64,000 nt of DNA, taken from Emiliania huxleyi CCMP1516 (Eukaryota). Location: assembly GCF_000372725.1 (NCBI RefSeq), contig NW_005201165.1, forward strand, positions 2,853 through 66,852, in the 5' to 3' direction. Both the position numbers and the translations under genes were made by a program. The notes beneath the pieces were generated by a model that saw only the letters and a program-made list of their open reading frames with translations, was not told the origin of the DNA and made no database searches. Shown piece after piece: positions 1 to 11,519 of the stretch (positions are counted from its first letter, which is position 1; every line of letters starts with the position of its first letter).

Positions 1-3000
1 GCAGTCGAAGTTCCTGCCGCCGCCTTAGAGCAAAAGCGCAGCAGGAAGAACTGGTCGAAGAAGAAGTCGCCTATCCACCGGCGGCGGAAATGTGAATGGC
101 GTGGACTTGCGATGCTGTTGAGGGGCGAGGCTCAAATCGCCGAGGAAGCAGAGGCACATGAGGGCCGATGCCCACGGCAGAAACGGCATGAGCATCCAAA
201 AGAGGCTCTGGAAGTAGACGAGGTGGATCACCTATTTACAGGCGCAGCCTGAAGCATTCAAAGCTCTTGATCCGGCCAAGGACCCTCTACACACCTGCTT
301 CTCAACCTTGAGGTAGATCTCGCCCTTTGGCCGGCGCAGCAACAGCGGCAGCACAACGAGCTTGAGTAACACCTGAGTCAGAGTGGTGCAGTGTGGAGAG
401 ACGTCGTCAAGAACGGAAGTCAGGGCTGGGGTGGCTCGATAAGCGCCTGCCCCAGGTTGATGAGCTTGGGCAGCACAAACTCGATTAGCACCAGCAGGAG
501 CAGGGTCTGCGCAAAGTGGTCCTATCACAGCGGGAAGCGACCCGCTCTGTTGGAGTAGCTATGAAAGGCCTCCGCTAAGCTGGACCTGCGCCCCGATGGC
601 AAAATTAACGTCGGAGCCGCCACAGACCTGCAGCGGCTTCTTCGGCACGATGACGTCCGCACCGGTGAAGCAACCGTAGTAAGCCAGGAATACCTGAGCT
701 CACACAAGGCAGAGTGGAGCTCGGGCGTCTCACTAGACGGGGCGGGCGATGAAGAAGCGCGACAATGCCGAAGACTCCGGCGAAACAAACTTCAGCTAAT
801 CTCTTAGGCTCATCGCGGCTACTGTAGGACCGTGCCAAGCGTGAGCATCCGGCCAAGGAAGAAGCCAACCTGTTCGCAGAGGTCACACTGCTATAGAGCG
901 TACGTCGCTTCACAGCCTGCGGCCCAGGAAAATGCGACGCGACCGTCATGTGGATCCGCGTGTGTAGAGGGTTGTCGTACTTGGCGAACTTGACCTAATT
1001 TTTCGCATTATGCGTGAAGAATGCCTCTCCGCAGCGGGTTATCGCGCTCGGCGGCTCGACCAGTACGGGCGTCACTGTCGGCATCACCGCATTGGTGCCC
1101 GAGATGGCGACAGTGGCCACGTACTCGCTCGAGCCCATCGGCAGGAAGGTGAGTACCTGCGGCCGAGATTGGCCAAGATTGGTCGAGCCGATAATAGAGG
1201 GTGCAGATTGGCAAGCAGATGATCTCCGTGGAGAGCTCGGCGGCGCCCCCTCCGAGAAGGTAGATGACGAGAATTACTACGCCGACCTATTCACGTGTTT
1301 GGCTATCAAGCGCCCTCGTTGCTGAATTATTGGCGATGATGAAGATGCACCTGAAGCAACGTGTGCGCGACGCTGGCCGCCACGCGACGCAACCTCAGCC
1401 GCCGCGCATCCGACGCCGAACGATCTCGGACGCGCTGGCGCCACTGCGACTCGCCTAGGCGCACAGGTAGACGCGTGGAAGGCGCTGTCCTTGCTGTGGT
1501 GTCGTTTTGCAGCCGTTTCAGCTCGCTGATGAGAGCTCGGAAGGTCTCGGCGACGCGGCTTCTCCCCTCGATTAGCTCCTTGGGGCTCGAGACGTCGATG
1601 TCCCACTCGGCCAACAAATTACGCGCGAACCCGATCTTGTTACGCTGTCCACCGCTGTGCACCTCCGCATACGCCTGCCACGTGAGTCGAGGGCGATGAG
1701 AGACCCCGCTTTTGTGAGGTCTCTCGGCAAAATCACGGCGCAATCTCGGCAGTCACGGTTACTCTTTCTCGGAATGGTGCCTGCCGCTGGTACGTGGAGA
1801 GAGAGCGCTGGTACGTGGCGTAGGCGTAGAAGAGGAGCGAAGCCAGGACCTACATCTTAGGTGTATTTGTGTGGGTATCTTTCGGCCACGAAACATACGT
1901 GCACAAACGGGGCTGGAACCGTCGCCGAGTAGACGTACCGCATGCTTGGCCAAGCGCCCGAGAACCCGGAGTAGTAAAAATTGGCCAGCTCAGGAAGACC
2001 GCCGAAGAAATAGTAGCCGGCGACAAGGTAGTTGTCGGCGTAGTTCGAGTTGAGCGTGTCCCTGGTCTTCCACTCGGTGATGGAGGAGCCTACGGTCGAG
2101 ATGTTGCCGGATGTAGCCGAGAGATCGGCCGATATGCGTCTTCCCTCGGTAAAGGCGGTGCTTGAGGTGACAACGGCGTGCACCAAGGAGAGCGAATGCA
2201 CGAGCAATAGCGGAAGGTAGACGACCAACAAGTGTAGCAGCGCGGTGTCGGCCATCCACTCGGCGAAAGCGAAGTAGACCTATTCAGAGCTTGAGGCTGA
2301 GCATCGTTGTTCACAGCATTCCGTCCGCTCGGCGAGGGCGAAGGGACCGATGTGCTCGAACCAAAGCGAGTGTCGATGTGCAGCACCATCCGCCGCAGCG
2401 GCCACCGGCGGTTATAGAAACGACGTAGCCGCGCAGCGACACGGCGCCATTGGCGTCGCCATCGGCGAAGACGCCGCTGGAGGGGCGTCAGCTCTGAGTC
2501 GTCATCATCGATTAAGCCGTCCTCGTCCTCGTCCTCATTCTCGTCCAGCACCTGGCCGAGCGCCGACGCACGGCGCTGCGCCGCGCTCGATCGCCTACGG
2601 CCACCGTGTCGTGTTTGGAGTTGGCTCCACGCGCTTCGTAGTGAAGCACGCTTGACGGCACTCGGTCACCTCCTCGCGTCTTTCTGTGCGCGCTCGAACT
2701 CGCGACGTGTCTGCTCTCTCTCACGGTCAGCCGCCTCCTTCTCACGCTTGAGTGCGGCGTGCTCCTCCTCCTTCGCCTTCGAGTCGGGCGAGAGGAGGCG
2801 TTAAATCGAGAGGCCCGGCAGGCGGTGCGTGCGTTCGGGAGTGAAGGAAAGCTTCTAGCGCAAGTTTGCCTACTGAACCCGAGGTGGCTCCCGAGACGCC
2901 TCGGACGCTACTCTGCGAAGTATGGTGCGTACCTTAGCAGATTACGAGGCGTGTCTAGGACGTGTCTAGGACGTGTCTAGGACGTGTATTGGAAGTGTCT

Positions 3001-3340
3001 CCGAATATGCCTCCAGCTCGTCCTCCGCCTCGTCCAAGTCGTCGCGGCAGCGGTCCAGCTTGCGCCGCGTGGCCTCCAGGGGCGGCGGCGAGCTCCCGGT
3101 TGCAAATACTCGCCTCACAGTCCAAGATGGCGGCTCGCGCCCCCATCGGCGATCCGTGCACCAGCGTGCCTCTCTAGTCCCGCCTGCCGCCCAGATACCG
3201 AGGGCGGGGCGCACTCTTCGACTTGGGCTATTATCTGCCACCGGGAGGGCGGCGGCGGCGGTGTAGGGGCGGCGGCGAGCTCCCGGTTGCAAATACTCGC
3301 CTCACAGTCCAAGATGGCGGCTCGCGCCCCCAAGCATCCA
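1..3340 (-). CDS. TMC (transmembrane channel-like) family protein, multi-exon, 3' end runs off the window start, 5' end uncertain
   Basis: Spliced minus-strand segments read WPLRRMVLHIDTRFGSSTS|VYFAFAEW, FYYSGF, LAEWDIDV, VAISGTNAVMP, KFAKYDNP...R and VIHLVYFQSLFWMLMPFLPW. These match the order of TMC motifs (IExxFGxxVxSYF, WDF, LIYxQxxxW..FxP). Confidence 0.65.
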
Positions 3341-3428
3341 TGCTCTGATGTGTCGCTTGGGTCGCCTCTGCTGCTGTGTCTCTGTCTTAGCCAGATATCG
3401 AGAGCGCGCGACGACAACCAACCCCTTA

Positions 3429-3476
3429 CCCTAACCCTAACCCTAACCCTAACCCTAACCCTAACCCTAACCCTAA
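3429..3476 (+). repeat. Interstitial telomere-type repeat (CCCTAA)8 with degenerate flanking units
   Basis: Direct reading. Confidence 0.95.
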
Positions 3477-3604
3477 CCCTAGCCCGAAGAACCCAAAGCG
3501 TTCACCGAGAGCTCGTGTCGACGGACCGCTGATTCCGCCATTTGGTTTCGGCCCAAACCGGACCATTCTCTTAGGAGCTGCACAACGGCTTGAACGCTCT
3601 CTGA

Positions 3605-3634
3605 CCCTAACCCTAACCCTAACCCTAACCCTAA
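3605..3634 (+). repeat. Interstitial telomere-type repeat (CCCTAA)5
   Basis: Direct reading. Confidence 0.95.
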
Positions 3635-4758
3635 CGACACGGTGCTTCTTAAGAGGTCGTGCGCGTCGCTGCCGACGCATCTCGCGTGTGTATGGTGTAT
3701 TTGCAGTGTATTTCGGCGGGGGCGCGCAGTAAAAGAACATTGAGGCAACACAACACGTCCTCGAGCGCCCGAGGACACGAACCAAGCTGCACCTCCTCTC
3801 ACTAGTTATTGTGGGCTCTTTCCTTTCTACACTTCCTCGCTTTCAAACACCGCGTTTTGATGCAGTGAGGGCGGGCCCCTGTTCTTTGAGCCTTGGGGAC
3901 GACCACGGCCTTGACCACGGCCTCGCTGCAGGGAAGCAGGAACGCGCGGCATTGGTGGCACAGATCCCTACCGGTGCCGGCAGTGGTAGGCGCACCGCCG
4001 CTCTCTCCGCTGCCGCCTCCGCCGCTGCCGCCTCGACTGCTGCCGCCTCCGCCGCTGCCGCCTCGGAGATGCCAGAGCCTTCGAAAGTAGTCGAACTTGT
4101 GAAATTTTCAGTGAAACGGGGGCGGCCGAAACGTTTCATGTGAAATTCACATGAATTCACATGTGAAAGTGAAAGTGTGAAAATTCACTCACGAACCCTG
4201 CCAGAGCAGTGTCGTCCCCCCTCTCCCCGACGACGATGGCGGTTAGAGCGCAGCGGCGCCGCAGGCGCCCGCGGTGGACGAGCATGGGTAGAGGGTCCAT
4301 CCAGGGCTGGGTCGATCTTTGTCAAGATGCGGACGTCGAGTCACTCCAGAAAGAAAGAGGAGGGCGATACAAAAATGTTAGGTCGCACGACACGATTCAC
4401 GGTCGCGACAGGCGAGGCGCGGGCGCAGAAGCCGTCGCCCGCACCACAGGAGCAGTCACACCACTCCCACTCCGGCGCCCACCCACTCCCCACCCCGACA
4501 TCCCCACCCCACCCCACAAAGAAAGAAAACATACACCAAAGGAGAGATGGGAGGACGGCACGCCGCCGCCACACACACAGGGATTTCACGTCCAGTCACT
4601 CCAGGGCACGCCTCGGCAGCCCGGATTTCTCTTGTGCCAGTCCCGTGCCCAGTGTCGTGCGAGGGAGCGGTGTAAAATTCTCTTAAGCCAGCGCTTATTT
4701 CTCTTCTGCGTAACTCTAGATACGGCCGTCCGCGCGAGTGAGACGTGCTGCAGCGGCC

Positions 4759-7700
4759 ATGTACCTTGGCCGCCAGCCTGGCTCGGATGAGGACGTCAAG
4801 GTGAAGAACTCGCGCCTCAAGACGCATGGCATTGTCCTTGGCATGACAGGAAGCGGCAAAACCGGCCTTTCGCTGGTCCTCCTCGAGGCTCTCGCCTCAT
4901 AGATGCATCCTGTTTGCACTACGATGCCTGTTTAAGGCCATGCAGCTATTGCTACCCTCTCATTAGTAGTAGCCCTTGGCACCGGAAACAGCAGCTGCGC
5001 CTGTGTGGCATAGGAGCTCATCTCAAGCGGCGTGCCCGTCATCTGCATAGACCCAAAGGGTGACCTCGGCAACCTCGGACTCGTCTTCAAGGGCCTCGCT
5101 GCAGAGGCGTTCGCGCCGTGGGTACCTCCGAAAGAGGACGCGGAGGCACTCGCCGCGCAGTGGCGCAAGGGTACCGCCGGCAGCGGCATCGACCTCGACC
5201 GGATAGCCCACCTCGCCGACACGATGTCGTTCGGACTCTACACGCCCGGTAGCGAGACAGGTGTCCCAGTCAACGTGCTCGGCGCGCTGCGCCGCCCGCC
5301 CGCAGCAACGCTGGCCGACTCTGAGGCATGCCGAGGGCTCGTGCAAGACACGGTCAGCGGGTTGATGGGGCTCATTGGCAAGAAGGCGGACCCGGTCAAG
5401 GACCCGAACCACATCGTCATGTCGACCGTGCTCGAGACGGCATGGACGAACGGCGAGGACCCCGACCTCGAGGCGCTGGTGCTCAAGCTGGTGGACCCGC
5501 CCTTCAAGAAGGTGTGGAAAGAGACTTGACGAGACGGAATCTCGTCCTATGAACACTGTCCGTGTGAACAGGTTGGCGTTTTCCCGCTCGATAAGTTCCT
5601 GCCCCCGGATGACCGAATGGAGCTCGCAATGAAGTTAAACGGTGTCGTCGCCGCGCCAAGCTTCAAGCCGTGGACCAAGGGTATCCCACTCGACATGGAC
5701 GCGCTGCTCGCGACATCGCCAGGCAAGACGCCAGTGAGCGTCTTCAACATCGCCCACCTCAATGAGGACCAGCGCCACTTTTTCGTTGGGCTTCTCTTCG
5801 GCCGCCTGCTCGCCTGGTCGCGCGCGCAGCCTGGCTCTGATGATCTGCGCGCGCTCGTCTTTTTTGACGAAGTTGCAGGCTACGTGCCGCCATACCCGAA
5901 ATCCCCGCCATCCAAAACGCCGCTGCTGACGCTGATGAAGCAGGCCCGCGCCGTCGGGCTCGGCGTCGTTCTCGCCACACAGAACCCGATCGACCTCGAT
6001 TACAAGGCCCTCTCTAACGCTGGCCTCTGGTGCATCGGCCGGCTGCAGACCAAGCAGGACCGCGAGCGTGTGCTCAAAGGTATTGGGCAGCAAAAGCTTG
6101 ATGATACGGTGCGCAAGCTCGAGCCGCGCCAGTTTCTCCTCTACCAGGCAAAGGGCGGCGACCCGGTCGTCTTCAACAGCCGCTACGCGATGTGCTACCT
6201 CAAAGGCCCCTTCACGCGCGTCGAGATCGCGCAGTTCGTCGAGTGCCCGCTCCACAGGCCTATCCTTGAGCCAGCCTCCTCTGACACAGCCTCGAGCTCG
6301 AGCGGCAGTGGCGCAACTTCCAGCAAGCCCACCGCGCCGAACGACGACACGCTGCCTTCGCCCCCTCCGAGCAAAGTGGACCGCTCGTTCCTCGACCCAA
6401 AGGTGGTCTTCAGCGCGCGGCTAGAGGGCGCGTTTGAGGGACGTGGAAGATCCCCCATCCATGATCGCCATTCACAGCTCCTGGCCGAGTAGGCGCCTTC
6501 GAGGACGTGGCGGAGCCGAAGCGCGAAGACGGCGTGATCGTCTGCCGACCCGCGCTATGGGCGCACCTCACGCTGCGTTTCGACGAGTCCAAGTACGGTT
6601 TCGACGAGGCGGGCCTAGATGCAGCCGTCTGTCATCAGCCGCGCTGTGCGTCGCAGCACGCTCGACTGCTGATCAGGCGGTCGACGAACACCGCATCTGG
6701 TTTCCACTCGGCGACTCTCTGCCGAGCGAGCCGCGCCGGGTCGCGCTTGAGGAGCGAGGCTGTTCCGCCCGGTGCCGTTTGGAATCTCGGTAAGATCTTG
6801 CCGGATTATCGGCGTTAGGAGGGAGATGTGCTACCCATGCCGCCATCGGGGACGCGATACGTCTCGCTGCCGGAGTGGCTCGACGAGACGAAGGAGCTAT
6901 CAGCGCTCAAGAAGCAGGCGGCAGACGGCCGCCCGCTTCAACAGCGGAGCGACAGCCTGTTCACGGCGTGAGGCGAGATGTCGCTGTTCACAGGTGGTAG
7001 ACGACGTGTACCGGAGCGAGAGCCGCGGTGTCCGTTGGCACGAAGCGAACGTCAGCTCTTGACGGCGTCTCTCCATGCCCAGTGGTGTGGATAGGCCTAT
7101 TCGTGAACAAGAAGCTCAAGCTCTACGGCCGCTCGGGCGACAGCATCACTCTGTATACTTGCGCGCGAACGGCGCCTACTCACGCCGAGGTGGCTGTGAA
7201 ACAGACGAGGAGCGGCCAGCCTTCGAGGAGCGGTGCAAGGCGGAGGTGGAGGAGAAGATTGACAAGGAGAGTGTTGCCAAGCACCCTTCTCAAGACACGT
7301 GCAGGTGACAGGCTCGAGTCCACCACGTACTTTTTAGGAAATTGCCAAGCTGCGCTCCTCGTACGAGACGAAGAGCGACCGGCTGCAGGAGACGATTCCT
7401 CCGCGCGAGGCAGCTCGGCGGGGCTGTAAGATGGCGGGTGGTGAGTCATAGGCAAAGATCCAGCGGGAGGAGGATGAGCTCGTGGAGCTGGAGGGCGCGC
7501 AGAAGAGCGTTACGGATCCGAGCCATCATCATCTCGCGTGATCTATATACAATGAGGCGATTAGGCGCGCAGAAGGGCGCATGGTTTGGCGACGCCATTG
7601 ACATTGGTGTCGAGGTCTTCTCGTGTTGGATGAACCCGCGCAGCAAGTTCAAGACGAGCACGCTTGATCGCAAGGGAGCGCACACACCTTCCAGCACAGC

Positions 7701-8178
7701 CCATCAGTGACTTTGCCGATGTGCCACTTCGGGTTCACCTCGAATCTCGTCGAGTAGGCTCGTCCTCCGCCGCGGGTAAGATCAAGAAGCAGAAGGACAA
7801 CCTTCAAAAACTGCGAGATGAAGCAGAGGCGCGGGGAGAGGGAGGGGCAGGGAGGACGAGGGAGGGTCAGGTCGGCGAGGCTGCTCTCTGACAAAGAGTG
7901 ACATGTGCTCGACACGCGCCCCTAGGAGCTCAAGGAGGAGCTGGAGGACAAGATAGCCAAGATACGGACCGAGGAGGGCTGGGGTTCGGGGTCGAGGTCG
8001 TCAATAGCGTATCGCGTCAGCGCGTGAAAGCCTGTGTGAGTTATAGGAGGAGCAGGATCTCGAGGCGACTGAGGAGGCGGAGATAGGCCTCGAGAAGAAC
8101 GACATCAAGGTGAACAAGTTTGAGATCCTCTGGATTCCAGTGACGCGCCGCATCGCGGTTCAAGTACCATCCATCTGA
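4759..8178 (+). CDS. Bacterial-type HerA/FtsK-superfamily (DUF87/DUF853-like) P-loop ATPase with spliceosomal introns
   Basis: Exon 1 MYLGRQ...THGIVLGMTGSGKTGLSLVLLE (Walker A), GC-AG intron ~4888-5013, then ELISSGVPVICIDPKGDLGNL, Walker B LVFFDEVAGY, LMKQARAVGLGVVLATQNPIDLDYKALSNAGLWCIGRLQT, a coiled-coil region and C-terminal DIKVNKFEILWIPV...stop. Confidence 0.85.
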
Positions 8179-8496
8179 GCTCTTCGATCCGGATGAGCTC
8201 TTCGGGGCACCGGTGCGGATGCACTGCGCCTCGCGCTGGCGCTGCGGAGTGCGGACGGAGAGGGGAGAGACGCTCGCAGACGGGCGAGAGGCTAAGCCCT
8301 GCGCGTGCGGGCGACCGTACAGTACCCCGGCCCCCCCCAGGCTGGTAATCACTAATGTGGGTCCATCCCCAACACCGGAAAACCCTGGCCGGGCCTCCGG
8401 GGTTAATGGCTCCCTCCTCTCCCGGGGACCCCAAGAAAATAAGGCCCCCGGTCTCTCTAGCCGGGAATTTATCGTGCCCCCCCCCAAGGGGTGTGC

Positions 8497-9029
8497 NNNN
8501 NNNNNNNNNNNNNNNNNNNNNNNNNNNNNNNNNNNNNNNNNNNNNNNNNNNNNNNNNNNNNNNNNNNNNNNNNNNNNNNNNNNNNNNNNNNNNNNNNNNN
8601 NNNNNNNNNNNNNNNNNNNNNNNNNNNNNNNNNNNNNNNNNNNNNNNNNNNNNNNNNNNNNNNNNNNNNNNNNNNNNNNNNNNNNNNNNNNNNNNNNNNN
8701 NNNNNNNNNNNNNNNNNNNNNNNNNNNNNNNNNNNNNNNNNNNNNNNNNNNNNNNNNNNNNNNNNNNNNNNNNNNNNNNNNNNNNNNNNNNNNNNNNNNN
8801 NNNNNNNNNNNNNNNNNNNNNNNNNNNNNNNNNNNNNNNNNNNNNNNNNNNNNNNNNNNNNNNNNNNNNNNNNNNNNNNNNNNNNNNNNNNNNNNNNNNN
8901 NNNNNNNNNNNNNNNNNNNNNNNNNNNNNNNNNNNNNNNNNNNNNNNNNNNNNNNNNNNNNNNNNNNNNNNNNNNNNNNNNNNNNNNNNNNNNNNNNNNN
9001 NNNNNNNNNNNNNNNNNNNNNNNNNNNNN
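8497..9029. other. Assembly gap (other gaps at 46773-46872, 57178-57277, 58665-58965)
   Basis: N runs. Confidence 1.
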
Positions 9030-9926
9030 GAGGGAGGGGAGGGAGAGAGGGAGAGAGGGGGAGGGAGGGAGAGGGCAGCCTTCCAGTCGCCCGCAAACGC
9101 GCCCTCGTAGCCGGTCTTCTTGTTGTACACGCGGATGGTAGGCCAGCCGCCCGCGCCTGTCCACGCCACACGGCGTGAAGAGGGCATGCCCAGCCCACGC
9201 AAGAGGGCATGCCCAGCCCACGCAGGCGGCCCCGTGGCCTCGAGGTGGCCGTGGCCTCGTGTGAGGAGGGTCTGCCGGCGAGGTGTCTAGGGAGTGTCTT
9301 GTGTCTGGGAAGGGTGTGGGAAGGGTCGCGCGCCAGGGCTGCCGGCGTACTCGCCGCGCACTTGGTCCTCGGAGCTGCGGGGCGGAGGGGCGGAGGGCGC
9401 GGGCTTGGGCCGCAGTCGTTGCTGATGGCAGCGAGGTTGTCTGGTTTGTGTTGTGCAGCCCGCCGTCGCGGCGGCCTTGCGGTAATGTGGGCCGCGCAGG
9501 CGCGGAGAGGAAGGGAGGTGAGGTGAGGGCGGCGAGGGCGAGGGCGGCGGGGCGGCGGCGGCGTGGCGCACAGGTTGACATCGCCAAATGCCACATCAGA
9601 GTTGTTCTCAAACGCCTTCGTGATAGCATTCCACGCAGGCGCCTGCTTGCGTCATCAGCCTCACCCGGCGGAGGCGATCCACCGCACGAAGAGCCTGCGC
9701 CGGTCGAGGGCGACTCAGGAACGCGGGGTGGCGACGCCAGCTCGGCGAGTAAAACTTGTGTCGCGCAGCTTCAGTGGACGGGGAGCGCGCACGTCTTGCC
9801 CGCATCGACCGTCTCCTTGACGAGGCCCTCGAAGTTGCCGGTTGTCACCTTGGTCACGCTGTCGAAGTGGCCGTCCGGGTATATTCCCAGGCTCCCGGAG
9901 AGGAGCAGGGCGCCGAACGCCGCCAT
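9030..9926 (-). CDS. Thioredoxin/PDI-like selenoprotein with GUGUU motif, 3' end lost in the gap
   Basis: Spliced: MAAFGALLLSGSLGIYPDGHFDSVTKVTTGNFEGLVKETVDAGKT|LFVRWIASAG-TGA-G-TGA-TGA-RKQAPAWNAITKAFENNSDVAFGDVNL|SEDQVRGEYAGSP|GAGGWPTIRVYNKKTGYEG. The TGAs sit at the CxxC position and the cis-Pro motif GWPT is intact downstream. Confidence 0.85.
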
Positions 9927-10187
9927 ACACGTAAGCGGTGCTGGGTTCCAACTTTTTCGGGGGGTAGGGTAGGGTTACGCGATGACTGCCCACTGAGACG
10001 TCCGTTACACGCCCAAATGAGGGGTAGGGGGGTAGGGGGCGACCACCACCCACCCGATCACACGTGTGCGACTTTTTTTGTATGACGTGCTACACTCGGC
10101 CAAGCTGGGGAGTTGAGCTCGCAGATTTCAGACAAGAAAGAAACACAACCGACACATATAAAAAAGCGCCGCATCATCCAACGTTTC

Positions 10188-11008
10188 TTTTTGGAGACCA
10201 GACCATTCGAGGTTCATGCTTTCTATGGTCTATCTTTCATGCTTCATGACACAGCTGCAAATGGTACATGGGGGCGATACACGGCGACTTTGCTGGTGCA
10301 GGCCCGACAGAGGAAGGGTGTGTGTGTGGGAGGCTCGAAGGGCAGAGGAACATCCAGAGAGAAGAGAGTGGGGTCGGAAGGGGAGTGGGTGAGGCGGAAG
10401 AGACGGGCTTTGGTGGTTGGGTAGAAGAAGCTCAAGCCGTCTAGCTCGGTCGCAAGATCGGTTCCTGGAAGACGGAGGTCGCCGTGGGATGATAAACAAT
10501 GGTGTACCGTCCAGCCCACATGCCCTCTCCAGGTTCGAGACGCGGTGGTGGAGCTGGTGGAGCCTGGTCTATCCAAGCGGGTGGGGAGGGGGGGGGGCAT
10601 GGCTGGCTGCAGGTCCGCCAGTGGCTCGGCCTCTGACGAGGTGCTGCCGCTGCATTGGCTGAAGAAGAGAAGAGTGGTGCGACTTGATTGGAGGCGCTGG
10701 AGGCGATGGCGCTAGCAAAGGGAGGTTGGGCCGGGCCGTGAGGGGCTGATGGCGCTGGCCAGCGAGGGGTGTGAGATGTTGTCGTCGTCGTATACTGCTG
10801 GCCCTCGCCCTCAGTTGCCAGGGCTGTGGGCTGCAGAATTGGCGTCAGAGGCGTCTACAGGCTCTGCAGCGTGCATGGCAGGCGGGACTGCGAGGCCGGC
10901 GGCAGCGGAAGGAGAGGCTGGGCACGAGCCAGGAACAGGCTGGCCAGGTCCGCAGGTGGCTGCGCTCGGGCGAGGCGAGCGCGCGGGCATGGCAGGGCCG
11001 AGCAGGCC
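10188..11008 (-). mobile_element. Dispersed repeat, inverted diverged copy of ~11743-12284
   Basis: Shared blocks in reverse complement, e.g. CATGAAGCATGA...AGAAAGCATGAA and CGCCATCAGCCCCTCACGGCCCGGCCCAAC. Confidence 0.8.
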
Positions 11009-11519
11009 CCGGGGCCGCAATGTACGGCCGTCCCAAAACCCATATCGGTCCCTTTTTGTGGTAGGTACGCAGAGCGGTCTCCCCCGGCCAAAGAGTAACG
11101 CGATATTAATCTTAGGAGTGAGTTACACTAAAGAAATAAATTTCGACGTTGAACGATAAATTATGGTGCAAGCTGTTGCCCACCTTCGGAGAGATTTTGT
11201 ACCTTCGGCCGCTTTTTTTTCTGGCAACCGGAGGTCAGTTTTACTCCGCCTTGGCCTCGGGCGCTCCGCCTTGAAGGAGGGCGCCAAGCGCCCGGAGGGC
11301 AGTTTTACTCCGCCTTGGCCTCGGGGCTCGGGCACTCCGCCTTGATTGAAGGAGGGCGCCAAGCGCCGCCATCGATGCCTCGAATCCAAAGACACCGCCT
11401 GTGGATTCGATGGGGACACGCTGTGGGGCGCTGGGGCGGGAGTTTTGACCGCGCAAGACAAAGGGTGGCTAAGGGCTCTGCCCGCAAGGCGCCCGCGTCG
11501 CCGACGCGGTACCATTGAC

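Noticed and set aside
1160..1190. GGCCGAGATT-type repeats as a novel element (also ~34850-34920, ~46439-46490)
   Set aside because: Short, mostly intronic tandem repeats that I recall being common in this lineage.
4759..8178. Bacterial contaminant contig
   Set aside because: Spliceosomal introns in the same GC-AG style as neighbouring host genes.
8285..8496. SECIS or 3' end of the selenoprotein gene
   Set aside because: No convincing AUGA/AA/GA stem seen, and the sequence looks like a low-quality read end next to the gap.
8041..9629. Long ORFs of 216-517 aa
   Set aside because: Artefacts of translating through the N-gap.
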